Assembly: GCA_963693365.1 (NCBI GenBank)
Contig: CAVNZM010000003.1
Coordinates: forward strand, 13,049,252-13,113,251
Source: Amoebidium appalachense
Lineage: Eukaryota > Protista > Ichthyosporea
Length of the DNA: 64,000 bases
Direction: 5' to 3'
The notes under the pieces are model-generated. The model did no database searches. It had not been told where the DNA came from and was given only the letters and a program-made list of their open reading frames with translations. Shown here piece after piece: positions 63,687-64,000 of this stretch. Positions within the stretch are counted from its first letter, which is position 1. The number at the start of each line of letters is the position of its first letter. The position numbers were made by a program, and so were the translations under genes.

Positions 63687-64000
63687 ATGAGATACACACT
63701 TACCTAGTCACTGGTGCTTCCGATACACACCCTTTGCACACAGACACCAATAATTGCAACAGTGCCCATTGAATTCCACTTCATCATTCACTGATGACGA
63801 TACACAAACATTGCCTGACTTTGTTTACAGCTGAAGGTCGGTCATTCCATCGATCGGGGAGTGACTGTAGGGGGGGGGGGGGGGGGGACCTCAACCTTAC
63901 ACATGCTGGAAAAGCACAAAGAGTTCCATCGATCGGGGAGTGACACATGCTGGAAAAGCACACGATCGGGGAGTGACACATGCTGGAAAAGCACAAAGAG

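Overview
Eukaryotic genomic DNA (GT-AG introns, long C/G, CA and GA tracts) that appears to span the boundary between an endogenous large-DNA-virus region and host chromosome. 1-11.7 kb has compact, mostly intronless Nucleocytoviricota-like genes: a VLTF2-like transcription factor, a DUF5832-like gene, a Bro-N/KilA-like protein and a class 3 lipase. It also holds a 660-bp mini LTR element whose repeats each carry a tRNA-like gene, inserted into a 111-bp tandem array. 11758-39212 is a ~27.5-kb imperfect palindrome centred near 22283. Its centre has stacked stem-loops and G/T runs, flanked by 123-bp tandem repeats, which resembles an unfolded viral hairpin telomere or concatemer junction. The arms carry HNH-AP2, HNH-like and Cys-rich genes, some with introns. 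The left arm has a microhomology-bounded deletion and the right arm has a non-autonomous Ty3/gypsy LTR insertion. After 39.2 kb come an internally deleted P-element/THAP9-type transposon and a many-exon host gene encoding WSC, PAN/Apple-like and EGF-like modules that runs off the window end. Family assignments come from motif recognition by eye, not database searches.
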